The notes below the pieces were generated by a model. The model was given only the letters and a program-made list of their open reading frames with translations, did no database searches and was not told the origin of the DNA. Positions 29,801 through 40,759 of a stretch of DNA of 64,000 bases are shown in pieces (the stretch's first letter is position 1; each line of letters begins with the position of its first letter). The translations under genes were made by a program, and so were the position numbers. Origin of the DNA: Polyangiaceae bacterium (lineage in GTDB: Bacteria > Myxococcota_A > Polyangia > Polyangiales > Polyangiaceae). The stretch covers positions 32,008 to 96,007 of the forward strand of contig JBNKBE010000008.1 in assembly GCA_050287085.1 (NCBI GenBank), written 5' to 3'.

Positions 29801-32336
29801 GATCAGCAGCCTGCAAGTAGTCGGGGATGCCGTCGTCATTGCGATCCCCGTCGCCCTGAGACTCCACCCTGTCGGAGGCGCCATCGCCATCGCTATCGGT
29901 GTCGAGCCAGTTGACGTCGCCGTCGTCATCTACGTCGTTGCCGAACGTTGCGCCGTCCTCTCGCTCCGTTCGGGTCGGAATGGTATCACCATCGTCATCC
30001 GGGTCGAGGTAGTCGGGAGCGTCGTCGCCGTCGCTGTTGCGCGGCGAGTCAGAGTTTGGTCCGAGCTCCTGAATCGTTGGGATCCCGTCGCCGTCGTCGT
30101 CCGGATCGTTCACATCCGGAGTCCCATCTTGGTCGCTGTCCGGGCAGTTGTTGGCGTCGGGGCACTCTGCGCTATCGCTCAGGCTGTCCCCGTCGGCATC
30201 ACCTGGCACGGGATCGGGCGGCTCGAGGTAATCCGGAACGAAGTTGTCGTTGTCGTCGCTCCGGCCTTCGGTCGCGTCGTCGATGCCATCGCCATCGCTG
30301 TCGGTGTCAAGCCAGTTGACGTCGCCGTCGTTGTCCTGGTCGTTGTTGCCGCGCGCCGTAGCGTCTTCGATTTCGTCTTCGGTGAGCAGGCCGTCACCGT
30401 CGTCGTCGCTGTCGAGATAGTCGGGCGTGCCGTTGCCATCGCTGTCTTGGGCGTCGGCGACGTCGCCATCGCCGTTGGCGTCAGGTGCCTCGTCTTCGGT
30501 GAGCAGGCCATCGCCGTCGTCGTCGTCGTCGAGATAGTCGGGCGTGCCGTCGTCATCGGTGTCCTGCGCCATCGGGGTGCCGCTGCCGTCGCCCGCACCC
30601 TCCGCGGCCGTCGGAACACCATCGCCATCGTCGTCTTCATCCAGGTAGTCGGGAACGCCGTTGCCATCGGTATCGCGGGCGTCGCTCGGATCGCCGTCGC
30701 CGTTTGGATCGGAACCTTCCAGCGCAGTCGGGATCCCATCTCCGTCGTCGTCGACATCGAAAACATCCGCCGTGGAATCAGCGTCGCTGTCCTGGGGGAT
30801 TCCGGACTCCGCGGCTTCGTCACCATCCGTCAGGCCGTCACCGTCTGTATCGGGGTTGTCAAAGACCGAGCCAATTTCGCATTCGCGCCCGTTGCTCAGG
30901 CCGTCGGCGTCTTCGTCTTCTGCGGGCAGGTACACGGTGAAGGCGACGTCTGCGAAGGTTTGATCGCCGAACACCCACGTGTCGATGAAGGCTTGTTCGC
31001 CCGGGCCGTTGTAGGTGAAGCCGCCGAGATCATTGCCAATCCAGCTGTGCCGATTGGCCGGAGAGGTGACGCCGTCGGGCAAGGGGCGCTCGGGCGTTGC
31101 AGGCGTGCCCCCGTTGGTGTTGTTCAAGCGCGAGTCATCCCAGTAGATCTGGGTCGCCGATTCCGCGAGCGTCCCCGGTTCGACCAGAGTCACGGCAATA
31201 CCGGGCGACAGTGACTCCACGTCGCTGGCCGTGAAGTGAAACTCCCCGGTCCGGAGGTAAAGCCTCGCCGCGTACGGGCTTCCGGCGGCCGGCAAGGGGA
31301 CGCCGCCTGCGTCGTTGCCATCCCACGTCACCTTGTTGAGCCCGGCGCTGGCGACCCCCTGGATGACCACATCACCTTCGGCTGGGTCAAAGGTGCCGTT
31401 GGCCGTTGCGTCGATCACCAGCTCGTAGGTCGCCGGCAGACTCGAATCGAATTCGAAGCTGCCCCCAACGCCTTGCAGTACCGCTCCGCAATCGCCGATC
31501 CCGCGAAAGTTCAGCTGCGGCGCCTGGGGTTGCGCTTTGATAGAGTGTGGGGCGCTCAGGTAGAGCGGAAAGTCGGCGAGAGTGGGGCAGAAGGCAAAGC
31601 CGCTCGGTGCAGGGTCGGTGCCCACCGCCGCGTTCACCTCCGCGAACGTGCGGCTCGAACGGGCCAGGTCACCGGGTAGCCCCAAGGTGCTTGCTGTCAG
31701 GCACATATTGCCCCCCTGAAGACCCTCGAAGTCGAGCTTCCAGAGGTACTCTGTGTCGGCGCTCACGGGCGCCCTGACGAAGAATGCGAAGCCGCGGGGA
31801 GCGGCGCCCGGAAGGGAGGTCAAGAAGCGCCAGTCCCGCGAATACAGTCGCCCTCCGCCAGCGGGCGTTGCTGCCGTATCGATCGGTGTTGCTGCGCTCG
31901 GGGCTTGGGGCGTGACCGATATGTCGAAGGGCTCCACGTCGCTGCCGAATTGCACCTTGTAGGTTCCGGGCGTGACCGGGACCGACAAGGGCGTAACGCC
32001 GTCCCCCGGCAGAGCCGCGGGCAGGGTATTGGCAGCCACCAAGCCGGTGGCCGCGGCGTCGATGTTGTAGGTGGTCGCGGCCCCCGTCGGATCGGTGATG
32101 GTGACGGTGAGCGCGGCCCCCCCTGGACCCCGCGCCGCTACATTCAGGAAGGCGTCGCCCGCCAGCACGTCGACAAATAGCTCCGTCTCGGCCTTCAGCC
32201 CCGCGTTGAAGTTGGGTTCAATTTGGCCGAGTTGTCCCGAGCCTTCCGCTTGAACCGCGCCGGGGATACCGAGCGCAAGCGCTCCGACGACCGCTGGCAG
32301 GCAGCGTTGGGTGATATTGAACGGACGCTTACGCAT
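26886..32336 (-). CDS. Giant surface protein: adhesin-like domain, Asp-rich repeats, internal MYXO-CTERM-like motif, second signal peptide, TraB-like barrel, TSP3 repeats, OmpA domain
   Basis: AGGAGG then ATG 32336; signal ...GAVQA|EG; many [12 protein letters not shown] repeats; [15 protein letters not shown] (TSP3); IEFDT, VEGHTD, LSERRA, NRRVEF (OmpA). Confidence 0.88.
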   Translation of the reverse strand: MRKRPFNITQRCLPAVVGALALGIPGAVQAEGSGQLGQIEPNFNAGLKAETELFVDVLAGDAFLNVAARGPGGAALTVTITDPTGAATTYNIDAAATGLVAANTLPAALPGDGVTPLSVPVTPGTYKVQFGSDVEPFDISVTPQAPSAATPIDTAATPAGGGRLYSRDWRFLTSLPGAAPRGFAFFVRAPVSADTEYLWKLDFEGLQGGNMCLTASTLGLPGDLARSSRTFAEVNAAVGTDPAPSGFAFCPTLADFPLYLSAPHSIKAQPQAPQLNFRGIGDCGAVLQGVGGSFEFDSSLPATYELVIDATANGTFDPAEGDVVIQGVASAGLNKVTWDGNDAGGVPLPAAGSPYAARLYLRTGEFHFTASDVESLSPGIAVTLVEPGTLAESATQIYWDDSRLNNTNGGTPATPERPLPDGVTSPANRHSWIGNDLGGFTYNGPGEQAFIDTWVFGDQTFADVAFTVYLPAEDEDADGLSNGRECEIGSVFDNPDTDGDGLTDGDEAAESGIPQDSDADSTADVFDVDDDGDGIPTALEGSDPNGDGDPSDARDTDGNGVPDYLDEDDDGDGVPTAAEGAGDGSGTPMAQDTDDDGTPDYLDDDDDGDGLLTEDEAPDANGDGDVADAQDSDGNGTPDYLDSDDDGDGLLTEDEIEDATARGNNDQDNDGDVNWLDTDSDGDGIDDATEGRSDDNDNFVPDYLEPPDPVPGDADGDSLSDSAECPDANNCPDSDQDGTPDVNDPDDDGDGIPTIQELGPNSDSPRNSDGDDAPDYLDPDDDGDTIPTRTEREDGATFGNDVDDDGDVNWLDTDSDGDGASDRVESQGDGDRNDDGIPDYLQAADHIDTDGDGVIDIIECPDMADCPDTDGDGTPDWEDEDDDGDGVLTQDELGDGEAPQDSDNDDTPDYLDTDDDDDGLFTRDELGQGEEPRDTDGDGAADYLDTDDDEDGLPTRTEIEDAIDYGGDVDDDGDVNWLDTDADGDGIGDGEEASGDNNGDADENGVPDYLEAASGPDTDDDGLSDADECPDMTQCRDTDGDGTPDYLDTDDDGDGVPTQDELGDGKKPQDTNDDGTPDYLDTDDDGDGVPTQDELGDGKKPQDTDDDGTPDYLDTDDDGDRKPTIDELGPDSANPQDTDDDGTPDYLDTDDDGDGKSTSVELGANPAKPKDTDDDGTPDYLDPNDNSEVVYEQAGALKGGGFRCAVQTPTHGGTPWAPSLVLLGLAASVWARRRVGPARSKARTARGGALFLALFMTALATLGSPPAAAQPSGIALNRFDPAERGSDWFWAESLDLRGSGRWALGITGDWAYKPLVAYDAAGDELRAVVRHQVFAHLGAAVTIADRLRLGLNLPILAYQRGAQARFDNAIYRADRSGGVGDLRFGADLRLFGEYGDAATMAIGAQAFFPTGRQEAYTSDGKVRIVPRLALAGDVGIFAYSARAGLNIHTRRENFVGEAFGTDLQFGVSAGLRLLDKKLLIGPELWTHAVVSDAFGGFLDEATTPFEGLLGLHYRAGDFRLGAGAGPGFTTGLGSPRVRMVASLEWAPDIVKPAPPPPPPSDRDGDGIYDPDDACPDVPGVASDDPTLHGCPEKPKDTDGDGIIDDEDACVNDEGPATDDPETNGCPDTDGDGIIDKVDACVREKGEPNEDKAKHGCPPPKDRDGDQILDEDDACPDEAGKPDPDPKKNGCPRVQVTTERVVILDRIEFDTNKATIRPESDEILEAVRDVLRENPQLTRIRVEGHTDNRGSRAHNRGLSERRALAVVDWLVQHGIGRERLVAQGFGPDRPVDDNTSAEGRQNNRRVEFHILETRKPE
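29031..29212. repeat. Near-identical 99-bp (33-aa) tandem duplication in the Asp-rich stalk
   Basis: TTGAGGCTTCTTGCCGTCRCCGAGCTCGTCTTGGGTCGGTACGCCATCGCCGTCGTCGTCGGTGTCGAGGTA at 29031 and 29130. Confidence 0.85.
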
Positions 32337-32490
32337 GCTTGACCTCCTGGCCAGGTGAATACCTGGACTCTTGGGCAGGAGGTTAGACGGCCCCCATGTC
32401 GGGGCACAACCCCGGTACTGAGGAAAGTGGGCAGCCCTCAAGCCCGCATTCTGCGGCCCGTGGGCTGGTGTTTCACTTTTGAGCCGGCTC

Positions 32491-34029
32491 CTAGGGCAGC
32501 GTTGCCACGAAGTCCTCGCTCTGGCTCTGCAGCAGCGCTTGTTCGTCGAAGCGGCGCATCAAGGCGTCGCCCAACGCCATGCCCATCCGCACATAGCCGC
32601 GAGGCGTGAGATGAGTGTGGTCGGGGGCGCCCATGGCCGGTAGTGCACGCACCCAGCGGTCCATGGAGCCCTCGCCGCCCATGAACGCGTAGGCGTCCCA
32701 GAAGCCACAACCGAGCTTGTAGGCCATGGCTCGTTGCACTTCGATGATCTGGAGCAGGCGAGGCCGAGGGCGCCAGTTTGAGCCCTTGCGCCGGGGAAAG
32801 TCCCCTGGGCCGATCAGGAGGCAGCTGGCGCCCTGGGTGATGGCCTGAAGCCGAACCAACACGTCTTTCAGCTGCGTCTCGTAGGTGGTGATGGTTTGGC
32901 CCAGGTCCGTGCTTTCGTTCGTGCCGTAGGCCAGCATTACGAGTTTTGGGTTGCGGCGTTCGAGCTGTTCCCGCAGCAAGTCAAGGTCCCAAGTCAGTTG
33001 GTTGCTCGCGCGCGTGCCGCTGATCCCCAGCGTGTCGACGACAACACCTCGGCCCGGGCGCTCGACGGCCACACCGAAAAGACGCACTGGACCATCTCCC
33101 AAAGGACGGGCCTCAAGGGTGTGCCATCCGAGCTCGGTGTTGAAGCTGTAGAAACCCGAGCGGGGGCGTTCCGCAGCGGTTGCGATGCGCGCGACCGGAC
33201 CCCCATTGAGCCGTAGCTCAAAGGTACCGGCGTCCGGCTCGATGCCATAGAAGAGGTCGTAGTGTTGCGCGAGGCGGTCCGGGTCCTGCCAGTGCAGGGG
33301 TTTGATCCTTGCGAAGGACGAAGGGAAGCGACCGACGGCTGCGGCCCCCGCGAGTCCAAAGCGGCCGTGTAGCGGAGGCGTCTTCGTGCGCTGGGCGTGC
33401 TGGATCTGGAAGCCCTCGCTTTCAACGCGGGTGTCCAGCAGACGGTACCACTGATTGATTTGCGCCATCTGCACGAACCCCTGACCCCCGTTACCAAAGC
33501 GCTGCTGAAGGTAGTAGCGCAGATAACCCGTGTAGAAGTCACCCTGGGTGTGCGAAGCACCAAAGGCCGCAATGCGCAATTTCTCAGGCGCTCCGGGGGC
33601 CTGCCGCTGGTATCGCTGCAGCGCCTCGTGAAACGCCGAAAGGGCGCCCTCGTTTTCGATCGGCACAAAGCGCCCGAGCGCGTTGCCGTTTTCTCGCAGC
33701 GGCGCAGGCCCCTGGCTCACTACCTCACCGCGGGCATCTTCAATCAGCTCGTCACCGAGGATTCGCTGCTGGGCGTGGGCTCGTTCGCGGAGCAACGTGG
33801 GCGTGAGCACCGGCCCTGGCGGTTCGGTTGCCTGGGGGGCCACCGCCGGGGGGCGCTCTCTCACCGGCGGCGGCGGCGCCGGGGCCCGGTCACGGGGAGC
33901 GGCCGCCACGGCCGGGACGGGTGTTGCCCGCGCCGGGGCTCGGAGCCCTTGGCCCCCTCCGGGTTCGCCGCAAGCGGTGAGCGCACAAAGGGCGGCGACA
34001 CTCATGCGCTGACCGGACCGCGTCACCAT
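32491..34029 (-). CDS. SGNH/GDSL family lipoprotein (Ape1/PatB-like)
   Basis: Lipobox LTAC; FGASHT, YGTNE, DHTHLT. Confidence 0.82.
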   Translation of the reverse strand: MVTRSGQRMSVAALCALTACGEPGGGQGLRAPARATPVPAVAAAPRDRAPAPPPPVRERPPAVAPQATEPPGPVLTPTLLRERAHAQQRILGDELIEDARGEVVSQGPAPLRENGNALGRFVPIENEGALSAFHEALQRYQRQAPGAPEKLRIAAFGASHTQGDFYTGYLRYYLQQRFGNGGQGFVQMAQINQWYRLLDTRVESEGFQIQHAQRTKTPPLHGRFGLAGAAAVGRFPSSFARIKPLHWQDPDRLAQHYDLFYGIEPDAGTFELRLNGGPVARIATAAERPRSGFYSFNTELGWHTLEARPLGDGPVRLFGVAVERPGRGVVVDTLGISGTRASNQLTWDLDLLREQLERRNPKLVMLAYGTNESTDLGQTITTYETQLKDVLVRLQAITQGASCLLIGPGDFPRRKGSNWRPRPRLLQIIEVQRAMAYKLGCGFWDAYAFMGGEGSMDRWVRALPAMGAPDHTHLTPRGYVRMGMALGDALMRRFDEQALLQSQSEDFVATLP

Positions 34030-34033
34030 GGAC

Positions 34034-35431
34034 CTAGACTAATAGCCACGTAAGCAGCGTCAACACCAGGATCCCAATCAGATTGAGCGTGAACCCGTGG
34101 CGAGCCATGGTACGGACATCGAGCGCGCCGGATCCGAACACGATGGCGTTGGGGGCCGTCGCTACCGGCAGCATAAATGCGCAGCTTGCGCTGAGGGCGG
34201 CCGGGGCCATGAGCATCATCGGCTCAACGCCTGAGGCCTGTGCGGTCGTGGCCAAGACCGGCATCAATAGACTGGCCGTCGCCGTGTTACTGGTCAATTC
34301 CGTTAGGAACGTCACCAGTGTGCAGATCAGGGCTATCGTCAGCAGTGGCGGTAGCTGGGCTGCCCCGGCCAGTGATTGGGAGATGGCCGCTGACAGTCCC
34401 GAGGTCTCGAAACCGAGAGCCAGCGCGAGTCCACCCCCAAAGAGAAGCAACAGCCCCCAGGGTAGTTCGCGGGCTCGCTTCCAATCGAGCAAGGTGCCGC
34501 CCTCCCCGTCGGGGGCCACGAACATCACGACCACTGCAAGCAGCGCCACGACGCCGTCGCCGGCAAGAGGCAGCGCCCACCACGACTGCCAGCCTCCCAG
34601 GGGCGCGGTGCGCGTCACCCAGGCAAGCGCTGTCAGGCCGAAGACCACCAGCGTTCGCACTTCCGCTTGCCGCCAGGGGCCATAGTCCGGCAGCTGGACC
34701 ACTTCGCCGCTTCCCATGCGGCGCGTCAGCAGCCACCAAGCGGCGGGGAGCAGAAGGACGACGGCGGGCACTCCGAGACGCATCCAATCGACAAAACCGA
34801 GTTGGATGTGTGTGGCCTGCTCGTAGAAGGCGAGGAAGACGGCGTTGGGTGGGGAGCCGATGGGGGTCCCGAGGCCTCCAATGCTGGCCGCGTAGGCAAT
34901 CCCTAGGAGCAGCGGAGCGGTCAGGGAACGCGTCCGAGTCTGCGCGAGCACAGCGCTGGCAACGGGCAGCAACATCAGCGTCGTAGCGCTATTGGAGATC
35001 CAGAAGCTGAGGGACGCGGAGGCGAGCATAAAACCTAGGACGAGGCGCCGGTCGGCGCGGCCCCCCAACGCGGTCACGAGCCGAAGGGCGAGTCGGCGAT
35101 GCACGCCGCAGGTCTCCAGAGCACTCGCTAACAAGAAGCCGCCGAGCAGCAGTTGAATCAGCGGGTGTCCGTAGGCGCTGGCGAGCTGCTTCGAGCTAGC
35201 GACGCCGAGCAGCGGTAGCGTGGCGAAGGGGATCAACGCGGTTGCCGGGATCGGCAGAGCTTCGGTCAGCCACCAGGTTGCACAAAGGCAAGCGACCGCC
35301 GCCGTCGAGCACGCAGCCGAGGGCAACCCAGCCCCTCTGGCAGCGGCGTAGCCCGCAAGGGCAACCACGGGGCCGGCCAGAAGCGCTATTCTTCGGCTAC
35401 CGGGGCCAGGGGTTGTTTCATTCTCCGCCAC
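34034..35431 (-). CDS. SLC13/DASS anion transporter
   Basis: WWLTEALP, WISNSAT, GTPIGSPPN, TELTSNTA, FMLPVATAPNA. Confidence 0.93.
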   Translation of the reverse strand: MAENETTPGPGSRRIALLAGPVVALAGYAAARGAGLPSAACSTAAVACLCATWWLTEALPIPATALIPFATLPLLGVASSKQLASAYGHPLIQLLLGGFLLASALETCGVHRRLALRLVTALGGRADRRLVLGFMLASASLSFWISNSATTLMLLPVASAVLAQTRTRSLTAPLLLGIAYAASIGGLGTPIGSPPNAVFLAFYEQATHIQLGFVDWMRLGVPAVVLLLPAAWWLLTRRMGSGEVVQLPDYGPWRQAEVRTLVVFGLTALAWVTRTAPLGGWQSWWALPLAGDGVVALLAVVVMFVAPDGEGGTLLDWKRARELPWGLLLLFGGGLALALGFETSGLSAAISQSLAGAAQLPPLLTIALICTLVTFLTELTSNTATASLLMPVLATTAQASGVEPMMLMAPAALSASCAFMLPVATAPNAIVFGSGALDVRTMARHGFTLNLIGILVLTLLTWLLV

Positions 35432-35481
35432 GACACCTCCGCCCTGTTTGTCGACGCATCGGAAACAGCTATCATGCAGCC

Positions 35482-35781
35482 GTGCCGAAAGTCATGGTGG
35501 TAGATAGCCCCGTTGGGCCCGATAAAGAAGTAGATTGCCCTGATGGGGGTCCGTTGGTGGATCATGCCGATGAGGCGCGATTGCCGATTCCGTTTTCTTG
35601 TCGTTCCGCGAGTTGCGCGACGTGCCACGTGGAAGTCATCGAAGGGGCGGAGTATCTCGAGCCTGCCGAAGAAGACGAGCGGGACCTACTGGACGTCATC
35701 GACGCCGGGGAAAACGCGCGACTCGCGTGCCAGATGTGTCTCAAGGCTGGCGCTGGGCTAGTAAAAGTCCGCCCCGTCTGA
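35482..35781 (+). CDS. 2Fe-2S ferredoxin
   Basis: CRSASCATC and RLACQ; start GTG 35482. Confidence 0.9.
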   Translation: MPKVMVVDSPVGPDKEVDCPDGGPLVDHADEARLPIPFSCRSASCATCHVEVIEGAEYLEPAEEDERDLLDVIDAGENARLACQMCLKAGAGLVKVRPV

Positions 35782-35816
35782 GCAAGACGGGGGTCATTGG
35801 CGCCCAGCGACTGGGC

Positions 35817-36740
35817 TCACGTGGCGACGCGCAGGGCACCTGGGGCAAGGGTGGCCGTGATGGGAAGCGTCCCTGGCGTTTCACCGTCCGCTTCCAGGGT
35901 GGTGCGGGCCGGGTCCAAAGCTTCAACGGCGACGGTCCGGCCTTGGCCCACCACCACCTTTGACAGGTTGACGTGGCTTCCCCGACGTAGATGCGCGGTG
36001 AGGCCGTAGGCTTCGACGCGACCGAAGTCGCCGAGCACGACGCAGTGGAGTCGACCGTCGTCGGGGGCAGCATCGGGTGCGATCGCCATGCCCCCTCCAA
36101 AGTAGCGTCCGTTGGCCGCGATCACGGACAGGGCAGGTCCTTCGTAGAGCACCTCGTCGTCCACACGGACGCGGACCTTGCGATTGCGGTAACTCAAGCC
36201 CGCAATGAGACTTGCCCCCATATAGATCGTCTTGCCACCCAGCCACTTCGGTCCGCGGTTGGCGAGCTCTGTCACGCAGCCCGAGATGCCGGCGCTGGTG
36301 GTATTCAAGAAGACGCGCTGTTGCTGGGTGCCTGCAGCGTCAAGGTAGCGCACGAGGCCCAGGTCGACTCGGCGTTCACTGTTGCCCGTCATGCGCTCGA
36401 TCGCTAGCGTCAGCGAGTCATCAAAGCCCAGGGTACGGCCTAGGTCGCTTCCGGTGCCGGCGGGGATCAGGCTGAGCTTCGGACCGTCGACCGGGCTCCC
36501 CTGTTCGCCTAGCCAGGCCTGTGCGACTTCGCTGAACGTCCCGTCGCCACCCATGACCGCCAGGTGTCCAACGCCCTCCCGAATTGCCTGCTGGGCCAGT
36601 GCGGTCGCGTGTCGGGGCTGCTCGGTGGGCCTCAGTTGGTAGCGAATGCCGCGCGTCTTGAGCTCGGTCTCCAGCTGTGCCATTTTGCGCGCGGCGCTAC
36701 CGGCCCCAGCGCTGGGATTGACAATGATGCGTATGTTCAT
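35817..36740 (-). CDS. Diacylglycerol/lipid kinase (YegS/DagK family)
   Basis: IVNPSAG, MGGDGT, PAGTGSD, ANGRYFGGG, EADGE. Confidence 0.92.
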   Translation of the reverse strand: MNIRIIVNPSAGAGSAARKMAQLETELKTRGIRYQLRPTEQPRHATALAQQAIREGVGHLAVMGGDGTFSEVAQAWLGEQGSPVDGPKLSLIPAGTGSDLGRTLGFDDSLTLAIERMTGNSERRVDLGLVRYLDAAGTQQQRVFLNTTSAGISGCVTELANRGPKWLGGKTIYMGASLIAGLSYRNRKVRVRVDDEVLYEGPALSVIAANGRYFGGGMAIAPDAAPDDGRLHCVVLGDFGRVEAYGLTAHLRRGSHVNLSKVVVGQGRTVAVEALDPARTTLEADGETPGTLPITATLAPGALRVAT

Positions 36741-36869
36741 GAATTTATGCGCCCAAGAACATTGACGGCCCCCACGCGCAGAAGGGATTGTGGTCCGCTG
36801 GCGTCCTGAGCAAAATGGGTATGGCGCCCTGGCCACCGAAGGGTCAAACGGAATTTCCAAGAGAAAGCG

Positions 36870-37754
36870 ATGTCTGAAGACGAGCGTAAGCTGTTCGTAG
36901 CGGGTCTGGGCGAAGAGATCACGGAGGTGGAACTGCGGGAGGCCATCGTTTCGACCGGCGCGGAAATCGCGGAGCTTTCGGTGCCGCGAGACCGCGCTAC
37001 GGGTGTTCCACGAGGGTTTGCCTTCGTCACTCTGCGCACTGCTGAGCAGGCCGAAGCCACCCTGCGTGCCCTCGACGGTCAAGTGATGGGAGGCAAGCCC
37101 GTCAGCGTGCGCCCATTTCGGTCGGAGCGTTCGGCGTCTGCCGGGCCACGCAGTGAGCGCCCGCCCGGAGGTGGCGCGCCGCGCTTCACGGCGCGGCCTC
37201 CACAGCAGGAAGACTCGACGCTGTACGTGGGCAACTTGCCCTTCGATGCAGGGCCTGAGGAGATCACCCAATTGTTTGCGACGGCTGGCTTCGCAGGCGT
37301 CAAACGTGTTCACCTCCCGACGGATCCGGAGGGACGCAAACGAGGGTTTGGCTTCGTTACCCTGGTCGACGCAGAGACGGCGCTCAAGGCCAGCGAAGAG
37401 CTGCAGGGGCACATGTTTCAGGGGCGTGCGCTTTCGGTCAATATCGCGCGCCGGGGTGGAGGAGGTGGCGGTGCGCCGCCCGGCGGGGGTGGGGCGCCAC
37501 CTCCCCGTGGGCCTCGGCCGTCGCAGCCGCCCGACGAACGCCGTCACGCCGGCCCCGCCTTGTCCGTGCGGCCGCCTCCAGAACCTGGCGAGCAGAGTGA
37601 GGAGCGGCGCAGTGGCGCGCGGCGAGAAAAAAAGAAGGACAAGAAGCGCAAGGGGCGTGGTCTTGGGCCTGAGCGCAGCCACAGTCGGCGCAAGAACGAA
37701 GGGTTCAATTCACCCCGGCATCGAGGCAGCTTTGACGATTGGGACGAAGAATAG
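36870..37754 (+). CDS. RNA-binding protein with two RRM domains and a low-complexity basic tail
   Basis: RNP2/RNP1 pairs LFVAGL/RGFAFVTL and LYVGNL/RGFGFVTL. Confidence 0.92.
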   Translation: MSEDERKLFVAGLGEEITEVELREAIVSTGAEIAELSVPRDRATGVPRGFAFVTLRTAEQAEATLRALDGQVMGGKPVSVRPFRSERSASAGPRSERPPGGGAPRFTARPPQQEDSTLYVGNLPFDAGPEEITQLFATAGFAGVKRVHLPTDPEGRKRGFGFVTLVDAETALKASEELQGHMFQGRALSVNIARRGGGGGGAPPGGGGAPPPRGPRPSQPPDERRHAGPALSVRPPPEPGEQSEERRSGARREKKKDKKRKGRGLGPERSHSRRKNEGFNSPRHRGSFDDWDEE

Positions 37755-37959
37755 CCCGCGATCTCGACGCGCGCGGGCTCGCCTGTGGCCGTCGCGCCCG
37801 GGCCGGTTTTCCTGCGGCGAGTGGCAAATGCACCCGGGGCGGCGGTATTGCTGGCAGCGTCGCGATCGACGGGTGTGGATTGCGTCTGCTCTGGCAGACG
37901 TGCTAAGCCCGCACTCCGCTTCACAGGCCGGCGATCGGGCCTACGGCTCGGAACCATAA

Positions 37960-38997
<1,038 letters not shown>

Positions 38998-39334
38998 CGT
39001 GGCGGAAGATGAGTCGGTCAGTCCGCGAACGCGGCAACGTTTCTTTGGGGACGTGCCGCATCTCTTCAATGCCGTCTGCGCTCAGCGGGGCGTTACCCGG
39101 TAGCTGTTTTGCTTTCCGATATCGGGTGGGCTTCGAACCGCGACGGGAGACGCGGATGAACGAAATGTGTCGCGCGCCTTTGCCGTTTGCGGCGAGGTCG
39201 AGCGCAGCTAGCCTCCTTCAGGAGACAATCTTCCAATGCGAATGCCCTCGATCCTAGCGCAGCCCGTTGCCGCAAGCCGTTGCGCGCTAAACAGCCGGGT
39301 TCGAGTCGGTCCGCCCGGATGGGAGTGGTGAGCG

Positions 39335-40186
39335 ATGGGCTCCTTTCGACGCTATCGGGATGGTGTTCTCGTTGTATTGCTGTTGGCCATTCCGTTCTTC
39401 TTTCTGAAGGCGAGCATCCGCAACCCGGAAGAGCTGAGCGTGGTCGAGCAGGCACTCATGCGCGTGGCCGCCCCTTTTGAGTACGTCAGCGCGGCTCTGG
39501 CTCGCACCGTATCGGGCGTCATTGGCGACTACTTCTACATGGTGGACGTCAAGGCTGACAACAACAAGCTGGCCTACGAAAACGAGCGTCTGCGCGCCAA
39601 GGTATCGGCCCTATTGGCGGTGGACGCGGAGAACCAGCGGCTCAAGTCGCTGATCGGCTTACGGGATAGGCTCGCTCCGGAAGCGGTGAGCGCGGTCGTG
39701 GTTGCAAAGGATACAACCAACTATTTCCGCGTGACCCGACTGACCTTGGATGCGCCTGCGACGGGTCTCAAGGAACACATGCCTGTCATAGCCGTGGGAG
39801 GGGTCGTTGGCACGGTGCAGCGTGTTGCCGGAGAGAAGGTAGATGTCCGGCTTTCCGTGGATTCCGGCTTCGGGGTGGACGTGGTCGATGAACGCACCAA
39901 GGCGCGAGGCATCGTTCGGGGCTTGGGAGACGAAGGAAAGTATCTGACGCGCGTGCAGTACATGGAGCGTGCCGACAAGGTCGACGTGGGTGATATTTTG
40001 CTCACCAGCGGCCTCGGATGTCGTTTTCCCCCGGGGATCCCGGTGGCGGAAGTGACCGAGGTTATCCCTAAGGATTTCGGGTCGTACCAAGAGGTATTGG
40101 CGCGACCGACGGTGGACTTCTCCCGTTTGAGCGACGTTCTCATCTTGTTGGAAGAGCGAGATAACTGCGAATCCGGGAGGCCCTGA
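39335..40186 (+). CDS. mreC: Rod shape-determining protein MreC
   Basis: N-terminal TM, ENQRLKSL coil, TSGLG.RFPPGIPV; follows mreB. Confidence 0.93.
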   Translation: MGSFRRYRDGVLVVLLLAIPFFFLKASIRNPEELSVVEQALMRVAAPFEYVSAALARTVSGVIGDYFYMVDVKADNNKLAYENERLRAKVSALLAVDAENQRLKSLIGLRDRLAPEAVSAVVVAKDTTNYFRVTRLTLDAPATGLKEHMPVIAVGGVVGTVQRVAGEKVDVRLSVDSGFGVDVVDERTKARGIVRGLGDEGKYLTRVQYMERADKVDVGDILLTSGLGCRFPPGIPVAEVTEVIPKDFGSYQEVLARPTVDFSRLSDVLILLEERDNCESGRP

Positions 40187-40237
40187 TGTCGGGGGCGGTC
40201 GGAGTGACGGGGGCGGTCGGCGAAGGAGCGAGCGGTC

Positions 40238-40759
40238 GTGCGTAACGCCGCGCTGCTCTTGATCGGAGTGCTATTGCTTCTGGTGCAGGGCAACTTGTAC
40301 CGCGTGCTCGGACCGATCGGAGCTTCCGGGGCTACGCCTAGCTTGGTGTTGCCGATCGTGCTCTATCTGGGCATCTCGGAACACTCGATGGCGAGGGGAG
40401 CGTTGCTTTCCTTTGGTCTGGGCTATCTGACCGACGTATTCGCGTCTGCGCCGATTGGACTTCTCGCGTTTACGTCGGTGGCCACGTGGTGGCTTAGTCG
40501 CGTCGCGGCCGTGCGTCTTAGCGCGCAGACGATCCCCGCGCAGATCGCCCTCACTTTTCTGTTTTCTTGGGTCGAAGCGGCGATCGTGCTGACCCTGCTG
40601 ACGATCTTTGGACGAGATCCGCAGCGTCCCGTGGAGATCGCGCGGGGTCTATTGCCTCATTGCGTGCTCACAGCTGCATGCTCGCCGCTGATCTTCCACT
40701 GGATGGGGCGCCTTCACCAACAGGGTGGTGTTGCGCGGAGTCCGGAGGTCAAGCCGTGA
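40238..40759 (+). CDS. mreD: Rod shape-determining protein MreD
   Basis: Hydrophobic 173 aa, FGLGYLTDVF, operon position. Confidence 0.85.
   Translation: MRNAALLLIGVLLLLVQGNLYRVLGPIGASGATPSLVLPIVLYLGISEHSMARGALLSFGLGYLTDVFASAPIGLLAFTSVATWWLSRVAAVRLSAQTIPAQIALTFLFSWVEAAIVLTLLTIFGRDPQRPVEIARGLLPHCVLTAACSPLIFHWMGRLHQQGGVARSPEVKP

Noticed and set aside
29031..31214. 727-aa plus-strand ORF (likewise 18873-20282, 13161-14135, 41626-42612)
   Set aside because: Antisense shadows of real genes in high-GC, repetitive DNA; no independent motifs.
32420..32436. GAGGAAAGTGGGCAGC resembles the RNase P RNA P4 motif
   Set aside because: Does not match GAGGAAAGTCC, has no 3' partner motif, and the gap is too short.
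36741..37682. N-terminal extension of the lipid kinase ORF to 621 aa
   Set aside because: Antisense to the RRM gene; the family domain begins at ATG 36740.
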